Shown here: positions 15,770 to 29,216 of the stretch, one piece after another
Layout of the letters: each line of letters starts with the position of its first letter
How positions within the stretch are numbered: position 1 is the first letter of the stretch
Source: Camelus dromedarius
Taxonomy: Eukaryota
Reading direction: 5' to 3'
Length of the DNA: 64,000 bases
Assembly: GCF_036321535.1 (NCBI RefSeq)
Contig: NC_087437.1
Span: forward strand, 72,046,001 to 72,110,000
Translations under genes and position numbers: made by a program
The notes under the pieces: model-generated
Told to the model about the DNA's origin: nothing
The model's input: the letters and a program-made list of their open reading frames with translations, nothing else
The model's database searches: none

Positions 15770-16200
15770 GTTCATTCATCAGATATTTAATGACTGCCAA
15801 TTATAGTCTAAGCACTGTACTGAGAACTGGAGATATAACAGTGAGTAAATGAAACAGAAAAAAGCGTCTGTTCTCGTGCTATTGTCTTGAGACAATGAAT
15901 AAGATAAATAAAATACAGGCTATGTTAGATAATGACAAATGCTTAGGAAAAAGCTAAAGCTGGGTAGGGAGATGTGTCTGTGGAGAGAGGTGAATGGATA
16001 TCCCCATTTTAGTGTAATCTTCACTGAGAAGGTGACATCTGACCATAGACATGAAGGAAGTAAGGGAATAACTATGCAATGACCTAGGGGAAGTATTCCA
16101 GATGAATTGCAAAGACTCAGAGGCAGGAGTGTTTATGGCTTGTTTGAAGAACAGCAAGGAGACCAGTGTGGCCAGGATGGAGTGAAAAGGATGGATGCTG
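15770..16200 (-). mobile_element. L2 LINE 3' fragment
   Basis: ttcattcatc..tatttaatgactgcc..aagcactgtact..; tgtttgaagaacagcaaggagaccagtgtggc, typical L2 motifs. Confidence 0.7.
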
Positions 16201-18761
16201 GCAGTGACTCCAGCTTTTCCTATCAAACTTTGGCTTGGATATAGACATTTGAAGTGAATGTATGCATGTGTTGTTTTTAGCTGTTTGGCATCCTTGTGTA
16301 GAGAGGAACCATCTGCTTCCACCCTGTGTGGCTCTGGTGGGGCTATCAATAACAGAACTCCACTCTTCTGATCACAGCAGGTGGGATTTGGCCATACATT
16401 ATGTGTATTATGAAACATGGTTATATAAGTAATGTGCAAGTGATCCCAACCAAGCCAGTCACTGTATTAAAGTTGGGCAGGCAGCTGGCTCTGCCACTGA
16501 GCCTCGTGTCACGATGCTGGGAAGTGAGGCCAGCACTCATGGCTGTTTTTCACTACCGTGTGAAGGATGCCTACAATGCTTTAAAGAGAGAATGAAGCTA
16601 ACATGAAAGAACAGTACTGAGAGATGGGGATGGGGATGGGGATGGCATGACTCCTCATGACCTATGTTGAATATCATGTCCTCTGTCCCTCTGCTCTCCA
16701 ATCACACAAGTCAATACACTTCTCTCCTTGTTTTTACTGAAACTGATTTGACTGAAGCTGATTAATACAGCATTTTAAGATGCCATGTAGTTCCTTCTGT
16801 GTGTCCAGAGACATCACACTACCATGCAGGATAGCTGGAATGTCCTGTGTAGATTTCAGCCCTACCATGGAGGAGTCAGAATAAAGCTGTAAGGCTGAGA
16901 GTGCCTGTGGCGCCGGTTAATCGGGTGATCTGTTACCCTCCCTTAATGTACCAGCTGGTCTTCAGGAGGTTCAAGAATGTCCCTTCCACTCAGGACATTT
17001 CCTCATCCAGTGGGTATTCGTGATCTTTGGTAAAGGTCAGTAATCTGCTTATGTTGTGGAAACTAGCAGAGATTAGGATGTATTCCTGGTCATCCTCCTG
17101 AGACAAAGTACTTTCTGTTTGACAGCTTAGGAGGTTGTTTACCGTAAAGTGAACACATTTCACTACTTAATGTGACTTAGGAAGGTATTACATACTTCAC
17201 CCACATTCCTGAGAATCAGCTTTTAGTGCTAAAACAGATCTGACCTAAATCTGTAGTTGTACTCTGTCATGTTTATCTAGTGAGAATGGAAGGAACGTAG
17301 GTAGAACAGTTGGTGGGGTCTTACCATTAGGACAGGATCATCTCAGTTATTCCTTCAGTGATGTCTGTCTGTATAACGAAAGGCCATTGGACCAGACTGA
17401 TCTCAGTCTATGTCCAAGTCCTCTGAGTGTTAAGTGTTAGGGAATCCATCTAAGACACGAAGAAGGCAAACACCGTAGGCAGAATTGGAGATATCAGAGT
17501 CAGCAAGCACAGCATACACATAGATTAACTCTTATCTTGGGCTAGAAATGGCAAAGCCCTGGCTGAAGGAAGGGCAGAGATTCTAGGAAAACTTCTAAGT
17601 GCAGAGAGAGGTAATGGAGTGGGTCTCAGTGTCCACTTTACAGAAGGCCTTTCCCCACCATACTTCTCCCCTTGTTTTAAACAATAGTAATTAACATTTA
17701 TTGGGTGCCTGCTCTGCCAGGAGTTGATCTGGGAGCCAGGAGTCAGCTAGAAAAACCTGGCTGCAATCCAATTGGGATCTCAAACTCTTGTATTAGGAAG
17801 AGGCATTAGATGAATGAGAGTAATGTGGGAGAGCTCTCCACATGTAACTTACGTTGCTTGAATTGTAATAACTACTGTCTGAGTGAATGCTTTAAATTAA
17901 AAGTACATTTAATTATATTTCTGTCAATTTTTCTGTGCAGCAGCTGATTAAAAAATTAAATTTAAAAAAACAAATTTATGGCACACACATGTATGATTTG
18001 TCTACCTAGTTTTCTAATTAGATTATAAATGGTTATTCGTAAAATGTATTATTTGACCATCATTCAAGTAACAATAGAGACGTACTTCCTGTGATCCTCT
18101 TCTTTGGGAGCTCATCAGACCACTCAGTTTCACTTTATATTTCATTAATGTCACTTTAGAGAAGATCTCTAACTTCAGAGAGATGTTTTTCCTTCAGAGA
18201 AGATTTCTGAGCTTGCTTTTTAGGTTATGCTTGCTGTACTAACAGGTTTTTCTAAAGAGATCTGGAGATTAAATATAAGACAGTACTCATGTGTAGGAGG
18301 TGAGTTCTTAGAATGTTTTGGGTTGAAGGAGGAGGAGTGTAGAGCTTGACTTCCTTCAAGGTTATTTTTCTCAATAGAGAGAAAAACAGTTGTTTTATGG
18401 AATCAGTTTTTTTCACTTATAATTGCATATTTGATCTCTTTGCCATTCTAGTGCCATTGAAATATTTTAGAACACTCTTCAACTTGTGTTTTTATATTAT
18501 TCAGCTTTAATTTTTGTTGTTGTTGGAAAAAAGCATTTTGCTGTTTTCACAAATAATTTACTAACCTTTTAATTCTTATTACCTATTAGGCAAGGTTATT
18601 TTGATGGGCAGGTTTACACCATAGTATGCCTCTCATTTATATCTGTGTTGCCTTATTGGAAGTGAATGATGTACTCTCTGGTACCCTGAATAGATGAGAT
18701 GGCATTCCACAGGCAGAGATGTTGAGATAGATTCAGATTGTTTAATTCACTGACAGGTAAA

Positions 18762-19310
18762 TTGTGTCTGGGGTCCCCAAGACTGCTCCCCAAATTTGGT
18801 GATTCACTAGGAGGACTCACAGGACTCAGCACATGGTTGTACTCGAAGCTATGACTTATCGCAGTGAAAGGATACAAAGCAAAACTGGTGAAGGGAAAGG
18901 CTCTCAAGGTCAAGTCTGGAGAAAACCAGTCACAAAGGTCTACAAGTCCTCTCCCAGGGGAGCTGCAGAGGGTGCACTTAATCCTGCCAGCAGTGAGCTA
19001 TCACAACACGTGTGAAACGTCTAGTAAGAATGTTCACCTGAGTCTAAGACTCCAGTGTTTTCTCCAGGGCTGGTCGTGTAGACAGTGACTATGTGACTGA
19101 CTGTGGTCACTGAAATCTCAGACTCTCAGAAAGAAAGCAGGTGTTCAGCATAAACTGCGCTGTTGGTCTGAACAGTTTCCGTACAGCGAGCCACTGTTAT
19201 CCTTTAGGGAGCATTTTCTAATCAAGTTCTCAGACGCCAGCCAAGGGCCAATCTTGTAAGCAAGCCTTTTTAATGGAGTCGTAGGCCTGCTATGTTAGCT
19301 CTTCTGTACG
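18762..19310 (-). mobile_element. MER21-like LTR
   Basis: tgtctggggtccccaagac..ggtgattcactaggaggactcacaggactcagca recognised as MER21-family; ORFs 18653-19088 lie within it. Confidence 0.7.
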
Positions 19311-20019
19311 TAGATTAAAAGGTAAAAAGTTTTAAAATGAGGTGTTTCTCATCTGCAATTTTTGTGGGGTCGTATCCTTGCAGAAAAGATATATTCCAGG
19401 TTCTGATTTAAATACACATGATTTTTCTGGAAATTTTTTAGAAAGGTGGGACAAATCTGCTCTAGTCATTGTATTGAAATGTGGCAAGACTAGAATTCTT
19501 TATGTTGAATGAAGTTACAATCAACATTGCTGTGTCATCTACCTGTCGTGAAGAATAGGGCCTCTAAAGAGCTGTGCAATGAACACCAGTGATTGAATTG
19601 GAATGAACAGCAGATCCTAGGGTGGTTAAGTGAATCCTGGGGTATTTCACTGGAGGTGAGTGCAGTTAGGTTCTGGAATATTCCTTCCAATCTCCTTACT
19701 CATCCTCCTCCATGAGCTGGACAATCAATTACGAAAGGTTTCTTCTGCTTACCTTTAGAAAGGATGCTTGGGATAAGGTACAAGGCAGTTACCTGATAGG
19801 TAGGATCTCGTGGGTGAGGGCACAGAAGGAGTGGTTGAGCCCAGAACATAATGCAGGATGGTCTCCATGCTTGCGGGTCTCCCTCTACCGCCTAAACTAC
19901 TACAAGCTAGGTCTTAGTTCACTCTTCTTCCCCTGTATCTCGTATTTGCCAGCGTAACTGATTTTACTGTGATAATATGAGCTGACAAACTTATATTATG
20001 AACCCACAAGCTAAAAAAA

Positions 20020-21720
20020 AAAAAAGAGAGATAAAAGTTTAAAAAAAATTCTAGAAGTAATCACAGTGAACAGATCCAGTGGATAAAGAATTTAGAATAA
20101 AAACAGTAAATACTCTTAGAGAGATAAGGGAGAGCATGGGAAACAAGAAAACAGGAAGCTTTAAAGAACTGATTGGAGATACTGGATATAAATTTATTAT
20201 TATTGAAGTAAAAATCTCAGTGGATGGTGTTAATAATTGAATAGCAGAATGAAGAATGCAAAAAAAAATAGTGAGCTAGATGATCAAGTTATAGAATATT
20301 CTGGGAAAGCACTGGGAAAGAGTTCTAAGATGAACCATTAAAAAAAAGAAGAGCTGTTGGGTAAGGGTACAAGAGGAAACGTTAATATCAACATTATTGG
20401 TGTCACTGTAAAATAAGTGGAGGAAAGTTAGTATTTTAAAAAATAATTATTGAAAAATTTCTAGAATGTAAGATGTAAAACCTCAGTTTGAAAGGGCTCA
20501 TGCAACAGAATAAATGAAAGAAACCCTACTACACCTAATTATACTAAATTAACATGTTAGAGCACCAAGTACAAAAAGCAAATATTGAAAGTTTCCAGAG
20601 GATAAATGCAGGTCAACTATCAAGTAGTAAGAGTCAGATTAAACGTTCTGAGTAGCAGCACTGAATGCTAGAGAAGAAAGGAGCACTGCTTTTGAAAGCG
20701 GTGACGGAGTCTGTGGAGCCGCCCCAGGAGCCGCAGCTGTCCTAGCCTCCGACCCCCTCCTCTTCCACTTTCCCTTGCAAACAGTAAAGGCCATTCTTAC
20801 TTAGGAAAAAAGAATAATGGAATAAGGTAGCATTTTTAAAGCACTGAAGAATTGAGGAAAATGAACATCAAGCTCAGTATATTTTAGAGTTGACTAAATA
20901 AGTAATGACACCCAAAAGCACAGTCTAATAATCCAGAACTAAAACTCTAGTCCAGGCTAGTGCTGCTCAAGTGCCAGTCCAACAATAGTTTGTTATCACT
21001 TGGATGAGACAAGAAGCATATGCAGAAATGTAAAGGAATATACTCTTTTTTTGAGAAAATTTTGCTAGGGGAAAAAAAGTCACCTGCACTGAACTGTGTG
21101 CTGAGTAAAACAGATGGTTTACATTCTGGCACCAAGTTCCCTTTTTTTTTTTTTTAATATCAAAACTGATATCAAACAGTTTGTAAACTAGTGCTGGTTC
21201 ATGGACCACATTTGGAGCAGCCTGCTTGCAGTTGATACCATTATAGCGTGGGTGTGGGGGTCCTATGGCAAAAGGACCACAGAAATGTGAACAGGAGTTT
21301 GGGTATTTGTCTTGGCTTTGTGGTGGAGAGAAGATTTAGATATTGATAAACTTCATAACTTCACAGGAAAAAATAAGCATAAAGATGAATCTTATTTAGT
21401 TGGGCTCTTCACTATAAAAATAAAAATAAGATGTAGCTCTTTTAAAATAGAATAAGCAAATTGTATTCTTCTAAGGGGAATATTACAAAAGGATAAGTAA
21501 ATAAAATTTAAAAGTATGGTAAATAGATAACCTGAAATAAGATGGCTGAAATAAGATCAAACATCACAGCAATTATAATACATGTAAATAGTTTAAACCA
21601 TAAAATGATAGAATTCTCATATTGGTAAAAAACAAAACAAAAACAAATACAATGAACATGCAAGGTTCAAATCCATTAGATAATTCCAAATGTTGTCTTT
21701 GAGACAAAGTTTAAAATAAA
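20020..21720 (+). mobile_element. Degraded L1 5'/ORF1 region, interrupted by a small insert (20695-20811) and a MER5-like fragment (about 20945-21220)
   Basis: A-rich with ORF1-like motifs (cctcagtttgaaagggctca; gaaagtttccagag; cagcactgaatgctaga). Confidence 0.55.
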
Positions 21721-22364
21721 ATATGTAGCTTTTTAACTTCTTTTAAACTTTTGGAAGCAGACAGATGGTGGGGAGCGGGTGCAAGCCAGGAGGCAGCTGA
21801 GGTGATTAATATCCTGAATATAAGGAATTGAAGTACATCAACAATAAATATAGTTAACCCACGTAGAAAGAGAAAAGGCTGGCAAAACATATGAGTGGTC
21901 AGTTTACTGAGGGGGGAAACTGAATTGTATAGAAAAAAGAAGAGGATGTGTGACAACTATATAAAGGCTTATGAATTATACATGTTTTATAACTCAAACA
22001 TAGATGGACCATCAAGAGAAGACCCAGACTTACAATAAGAGGAATTGAATTTGGCCATCTTTGATATTTTGCCAACATTTGGTCTTTTACAAATCATAAG
22101 TTTACATTTAAAATTTTTTGGTTTTGAAGTTCTATTTGTTAAGGTAGGAGAATAAAACACATTTCATTTAATACTTTGTCACCTTGCTTTGCAACTTTAA
22201 AATATTTGGGCATGTGATACGTGGGCCCCTGTCTGTACTCTCACCTGGGCCCCACAAATAATAGGAGTGGGCCTGACCAAGGAGGAAGAATAATAAAACA
22301 AAATCATAGCAGGCCTTCGTACCTATTGTGGAAGACCACACAAGCATAGCAGTGGTTAAACAGT

Positions 22365-22830
22365 GTATTAATTAAGTACCACAAACCTAACTTTTGTCTT
22401 ATAAATGTATTGTCTTATAGTTCTGGAGGTCAGAAACCTGAAATGGCTTTAACTGGGCTAAAATCAAGGTGTCAGTAAGGTTATGTTTCTTCTAGAAGCT
22501 CTAGGGGAAAGTCTGCTTCTTTGCCTTTTCCAGCTTCTAGGGGCAGCCCGCATTCCTCGGCTCTTGTCTCCTCTCTCCATCTCCAAAGCCAGCAGGGTAG
22601 CATCTTCCGTCTCTCTCTCTCTCACTCTGACTTGCCTCCCTCCCTCTTTCTCTTATAAGGATCCTTGTGATTGTATTGGACCCAACCAGATAATCCAAAA
22701 TAAATTTCCCATTTTAAACTCCTTAACTTAATCACATTTGCAAAGTCCTTTTTGCCATATAAGGAAATTCATTCACAAATTCTCGGGGTTAGGATGTGAA
22801 CTTGTTTGGGGGGAACATTGTTCTGTCTAC
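22365..22830 (-). mobile_element. MLT1 (MaLR) LTR
   Basis: agttctggaggtcagaaacctgaaatgg..ctaaaatcaaggtgtcag..ccttaacttaatcacatttgcaaagtcc. Confidence 0.85.
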
Positions 22831-25800
22831 CTCAAATGGTGCAGGGGAGTGGGAAGGCAGGTGGAAACCGAAGCACTTGGAGGAGTATTTTCACTTTTTA
22901 TTTTATATAATTTTGTGCTACTGTTTAGTTTTTACCAAGAAGATATTTTATAATAATAACCATTAAAATATATTTTGATCCCTCTCTCATTTTTTGTTCC
23001 TTTATATAGAAAGTATATTTTAGATCATGCATCTCTTTGCCTTGTAGAAGCATTATTTCGAATGACCCCTTAAAGTCATTGTGTTGAATTCCATTTAATA
23101 GAGGTACAAATTGATATATATTGAGCATAACTGAATAACTTAATATTTGTACTTCCAATCTTGTGGAAGAAGAATAACAATGGATTAAGAAACTATAAAT
23201 AAGATTTTTTAAAAGATGCTTTCCAGCATGTCCCTTGCCCCAAACTTGCATTCCCACTGCCTTTGGTTCTCGGGTTCTCATGTTGAAGAATTAGGGTTTT
23301 TAGATCAACTTGTGGTGCAAACTCATCCCTGGCTGACTCTCCCCAAGGTGGGTGCAGCACCAGCAGGAGCTCAGTCACAACTGCTTTAGGACTAACTTGT
23401 TAGAACCAGGGTTTATCACTTCTTATAGGTTTGACTGCTTTATCATGTTCATCCAAGTAAAATATAGAAACACTAAACCAAAAAGATCTTATCGACTTCC
23501 TTTTTTCAATACAGAGCATTCAACATCTAAACATTTTCAACAGTCTCAGACTCTTTTTTCCCCTAAAGGTGAGATGATCATAACAGTATTCTTTAGAAAA
23601 ATCCCACTGTCAAATCACATTAAACCACTCCAAAATTATTGGTCGCATATGAAATAAGAAGAATTAAAACATACAAGAAAGAAAGATCACTAGTAGGAAA
23701 ACAGTCACAGAAGCATAATTTAGACAGATGTTAATAACAGCATTTACAATGTCAAGGAAAAGTATCTTAATGTAGGACTTCTGACTTAGAATTCTTAAAC
23801 TTGATGTATGGACTATCTGAGCTTTTATGTTTCACTCACATAATCAATGCTACAAATGACCAAAATAAACCAAAATTTTAATAGAGCAGACTTGCAGAAA
23901 GTTGTGATAAAATGGAGCAGCTACCAAATGTAAGGGTTCTTCAGCTTCTGGTATCTGTTTATCTTTCTACTGTTACTTACAGGTTAAATTAAAAACAAAA
24001 ACAAAAACAAAAACAAAAAAACACCACACACACAGCATGCTTTTGAATTAAGAACTTTATTCACTTTTTTTTTTCGGTCTAATCCAGTACAGTGGAGATT
24101 AGTGGAATGGTCAAATTTAGGAAATACTTTAAAGGAGGAACCCAAAAGACTTGCTGATTGATTGGGAGAGATAAGGAAAAGTGAAAAATCAAAGGATGGG
24201 ATTTCTGTATCAGGTAATGACAGACAGAAATTCAGACCAATCTTCCCACTGAAGACAAGTAGGAAAACTAGGGATAATAATAATAATAAATCTGTTGGAA
24301 GATATCAGAGAACTGGAAAGGTGATGAAGAATTACCTGGTCAAGATCCAGGAAAAGAAAGAAAAATAAACTGGTGAGGCTGGCACTTGTACCTACTTGAG
24401 CCTTGGGGATATTTGTTGATCAAGAAGAGCTGGCTGAAAGGTAGAGTAGTGCTTTGACAGCTTCTTGGGGCAGAAGAGGTGGGGAGGCGGGGAGAAAATA
24501 AAAGCATTCCTCACATAGACTGCAACTCAGTTTTCAGGCACCTGGTGGCCTAGGAAATCTGTCCTTATCATTGGATTAGGATAATGCCAGATTGCTAACT
24601 CTCACAGATTCCTGCCAGGAATAAATGAAAATCTTCTCTGGAGAAAGATAAATCATACAGGGCCTCAAATTATTTCTACAGTTTGGAAAACAAAACACAG
24701 TGCTTGGCACATGAGGACACCCAATGTCACAGAAAGTACCAACAGAAACAACAGATAATGGAGATTTACTCACAGCCACTCTAAATACTGGAATTCTCAG
24801 ACAGAGACTTTAAAATATCCTTTTTATGTTCAAGGAGACAAAAGGCAAAAACAAAAGTTTTGATGGAAAACTAGAAATTATAAAAATGACAGCAGATTTG
24901 AAAAAGAATCAAATTAACATTCTAGAACAGGAAAAAAAAAATACAGTAACCAAAAACTAAGCTGCAGAACTGAAGTTTGAGCCCAGGAAGATCAACTTTA
25001 GCGGCCATAGTCTTAACAGCTACTCTCAAAACTAGGAAGAAAACTGTTAACATTCTTAAACTTCCAAATTTAACTGGAGTTTAATCAACTTAAACTACTT
25101 TCCAGTTAATCATTGAAAACATGTCATCTTATAAAAGATAGGCAGTATGGTCAAATATATAGTTTGGGAACACAAAATTTAAGCCACTGATACAATAAAA
25201 TCATGATCAACAGAACATTTGTCATTCTGAAAAAGTTCCATTGAAAACAATGAAATTGCAGACAGATATCAGCTTCTATGAATGATATCATTTTCATGTT
25301 TCATATTCTTTTACTAGAAAGTTACACAGAAATGATTTATTAATTTAATATTCTCTAAAACATTTAAGGTGATCCCATTTGACTCAGTCTGGAATATTTA
25401 TTTTTAAAAGTTCCTGTCCCTTCTTGACTCTAGTCATTAGGGCATTTTGGAGATCAAATAATACCTGTATCTTTTCAGTACTTTGCCTGGATATTGGTTT
25501 TTAGCCAAGGTACATGACTTGACTTTTTATTCTTTTCAATTCATTTCTGTATTCTTGTGGACTTCCCATTCCCAGTTGTCACTCATAGATGAAAATAACA
25601 TAACTTCCTTTAAAGTTTTTGTTATTCTGTGAGAATTGCTGATTATACCCGAAGTTGCCAAAATCATCACCAAAGATTCACTGAAGGGTACGTAAGGGGA
25701 AATGAGGAGGCACAAACATTCATTGAAGGGCAAGTCAGGAGTTTGGAGGGAGGGGGAAATGGGTGGGGGGACTCCTAGCTGTCCCTCCCCTTTCTAATGC

Positions 25801-26114
25801 CACAGGGGATGGATCTTCCACTGGCTGGCACTCCCCCCCTCCCCCCATGTCCAGTTTCTCTTTGGGAAGTGGACTAAGGGGAGGTGGGAAGAAAGTGTAG
25901 TGTGGGTGGGCACCAGGAGGGGTATGGACACTGGGGTAGAGGTTGGGGGTCCCTCCTTTCACATGCATCTTAATGCAGACCTCCTTCAAGGTTAAGTTTT
26001 CAATAAGATTTCTATTAATTATCTCGGTTTCTTGGGAATAAAAGACAATTGGGATAGTACTGCACTTGATATCAGAATTAGTTTATTTTCCAAAGTAAAT
26101 TCATGTGGCAGACA

Positions 26115-26480
26115 CTGTGAGGTACTTATCTGATCCCCTTCAGTGAAGGACTTTGCTGCTATGGTGTTGACAATGTTGTTGGCAGGTCAGAAATCAGCCC
26201 CTCCATGTATTGCCTCCCCCAAAGTCATGCTCCTTCCCTGAGCTGAGGACTGATAGATGCAGGAGCATAAAGACAGACTATTTCAGCCCCAAAGAGAACA
26301 ATTCCAAAGGGCAGTTCAAGCTCCATGGGGTTAGCTGAGCCTGTTGTGAGCCTAACCTTAAAATCTGACTTCTCCCTCTGCCCACACCAGTTTCTGTCCC
26401 TTCATTTTCACGAGGGATGATCCAAGGTTACCCTAAATTCCATTTCAGGGTTTACTTCTCAGGGTACCCAACCTTTGAGA
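26115..26480 (+). mobile_element. LTR16-like ERVL LTR remnant
   Basis: tgacttctccctctgccc..ccatttcagggtttacttctcagggtacccaacc, similar to LTR16 3' ends as I recall them. Confidence 0.5.
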
Positions 26481-26810
26481 ATTTATTTCAGACTTCCCTG
26501 GAATGAGGCTTCTATCTATCCATTCATACATTCAATTATGTATTCTGTGTTCATTAAGCCATCCTGGCATCTCAGAAGATTCATTATTCTTTTTTTCAAT
26601 AATATTTCTTAAGGTTATAATAGCTATACTATTAGGTAGTCGTTTGTCATACTTAACTGATTTATGATGTTAACTAGTATACATAAATACATGTGTAATG
26701 TTTAGCATTTTAACACATTTTGTGATCAAAATCTCAGTGTAGCTGTTAACTGATTTGCTTAAACTTACTGAGTAAGTTTATAAAATATTAGCTTTGGTTT
26801 TACCAAACTA

Positions 26811-26826
26811 TCTCCAGGGGGCAGCA
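26811..26826 (+). promoter_or_regulatory. Candidate CTCF site between GTPBP8 and CD200R1
   Basis: TCTCCAGGGGGCAGCA matches the CCASYAGRKGGCRS core except at its 5' end. Confidence 0.5.
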
Positions 26827-27049
26827 GAGAGTGCGTTTACTGCAAATAGTGATGCGAGACAGAGCACTTTCTTTTTCTCTTTCTTCTTCTCTGTCTCTTT
26901 CTTCAAAACAAACTATGAAGTAGTAAGAATGCCCAAATAGAAGAAAGAATGGGTGAAAATGTGAATAGATTTAGGAGGGGTGAAGACTATGGGAAATATC
27001 AAGACAGAGAGTCAAAACAGAGAGTTAAAAAATAGGTAGTCAAGTAATT

Positions 27050-27262
27050 TGCCATATAACTGAGAGATAGACTTTGGAGTAAGATTTTTTGGGCTAGAAT
27101 CCTGTCTGCATCACTTATTAGCTATGTGACTGGACAATTTACATAACCTCTCTGGCTTTAGTTTCCTCAACTGTAAAATGAGGATAATAATGATATTTAC
27201 TTTATAGGGTGTTGAGAGGATTAAATGAGACCATATTTATAAAATGCTTAGAACAGGGCCCT
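27050..27262 (+). mobile_element. MIR SINE
   Basis: gactttggag..ctagaatcctg..cacttattagctatgtgac..agtttcctcaactgtaaaatgaggataataa..gaggattaaatgag. Confidence 0.8.
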
Positions 27263-28700
27263 GACTATTTATTAAGGACATGACCAGTGAGGTCTAGAGT
27301 GGATAAAAATATTAAATTACTAATTTCTCTGGTCTGGTTTTGTTTATTTGATACTGCATACATTGTATTTTCAAATATCTATTTTAAAATTTTCTTTTTG
27401 CACAATTTGTGAATTTATATTGAAAAATAATGATTAACTCTTATCTGATATGCGTTTTGTCTGACACTTAAAGGAGAATTATGGAGGCATAGCATCGACT
27501 GCAGAGTAGAAGTGAAAATTTTCAAGGTAAATTTCAATAATATAGTAGAATGTGAAAAAATAGAAATATACATTTTCTGAGGCTCTTTTGTGTTGCTCAT
27601 CAGGGCATTTAATGATTGCGCATGGAAGAAGATCCAGGATTTTAGATGAGTCTTCAGAGCTCAGGTCTGAAGACTGCAGAGAGGTGAATTAGAGAATAGG
27701 GAAATGAGACATGGGCAGGAGAGCGGCCATATTATGCAATCATACGTTGAATCAGAGTGCGTTTGTGGTATTTCATTAGCCTCAGATCTCTAACGACTGT
27801 GCCATGAGGGCAGGGGGGGAAGTAAAGAATGGAGCGTTGTGGAGTTTGAGTTCTCTGAAACTCTTCACGCTGTGGGACATCGGTCTTTCACCTCTGTGAA
27901 ACAGTTTCATCAGCACTTTGGTAGCAGTAGGGCAGGGTAAATTGAGGGACTTGGGACTAAATGTTTAGTAGTGTGTATGTGAGTTTGTGTGTGTGTGTGC
28001 ACACATGCATAAGGAAGAGTAAGACAGGCCACATATTTAAGTCAGAGAGCTTACAGAGAATAAAAATGATAAGGCATGTAGGTATTGGCCCATTTCTGTA
28101 AGTATACACATCCTAAAAATTCAGCTGAGGAAGGAAGGGTTGGCATTTCGGTTACAGACAGTCAAGACTCAAATCCAGGACGTGAAAGAACAGGTAATGG
28201 AGAACAAGGGGTCAAAAATAAAAGGCCATTAGACTCTGTGCAGTAAATACTCAAGATCCATGCAAAACCTTTATAAAATGGGGAGGGGTCCCAAGGGCAA
28301 GACGACAATGCCAACTTATTTGGTTTCAGTTGTGGCTGAGCAAGAAACTGACATTGGAGAGGAAGATACATACCTGACTGGAAGAAATTTACTTCAAAAG
28401 CATGTATAGGTAGATAAATCATTTTTTGAGTAAATGAACAGTGCAAATTTGGGGGCATTATGTCTTAAAGCAGCTCCATTTTACTAAAACTTACTAAGCC
28501 TTTTTCTTTTGGCTACCACAACATTAACCAGCATAACATTGTTCTGTTTGTCTCTTGTGTACACTTATTTGGTAGTACTGAAGAGGAGTTGGAAGACTGG
28601 TGGAGTAAAAGGTTTGAGTTTCTAGTTTGAACTGCGCCTTTCTCTTGATCTTGTTTTCCTCTTTTGCTCTGCTTTTTGGGTTCCTGGGCCCAAGGGACAC

Positions 28701-29216
28701 ACTCAACTCCTCTGGTTTGAAATTTCAGGCAACAGCTTTCATAGACACACTCCCATGCACTCATCTCGGGTCAGATCACAATCTACAATCAGCAGTTTAA
28801 GAGTCAAGTGAGTGGTGTCAAAGGAGAATCTGGGTCCTTCAGATTTTTCAGAGACATGCATATACTAGACAAGCACATTTTTCTTTTATTATATTGACTT
28901 TCATGACATATCTTTCGTGGATGGTTATACTAACAAGCTCTTGGTCTCTTTATTGTTCTTCCATATACTTGCTCTCCATAAAAGGTGAAGGTGGGAGTTG
29001 GGAGGTTGGGGAAGTGGGGTTTTGGATGGAGGGGAAAATGAAGTGAGAAGAGAAAGTCTCATTCTGCCAAATCTACTCTGAAGAGTCTATGGTTTTTGAC
29101 ACCACTCACTTAACTCTTAAACTGCTGACTGTAGATTGTGGTCTGACCCGAGATGAGTGCATGGGAGTGTGTCTATGAAAGCTGTTGCCTGAAATGTCAA
29201 ACCAGAGGAGTTGAGT
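28701..29216. repeat. 122-bp inverted repeat (arms 28701-28822 and 29095-29216; 4 mismatches; 272-bp spacer)
   Basis: Base-by-base comparison of the left arm with the reverse complement of the right arm. Confidence 0.95.

Noticed and set aside
15954..16439. 161-aa minus-strand ORF
   Set aside because: Overlaps L2 and LTR remnants; no recognisable homology.
14985..17250. Possible decayed ERVL internal sequence (about 14985-15720 and 16780-17250)
   Set aside because: The composition is suggestive, but I could not read any gag/pol motif; needs RepeatMasker.
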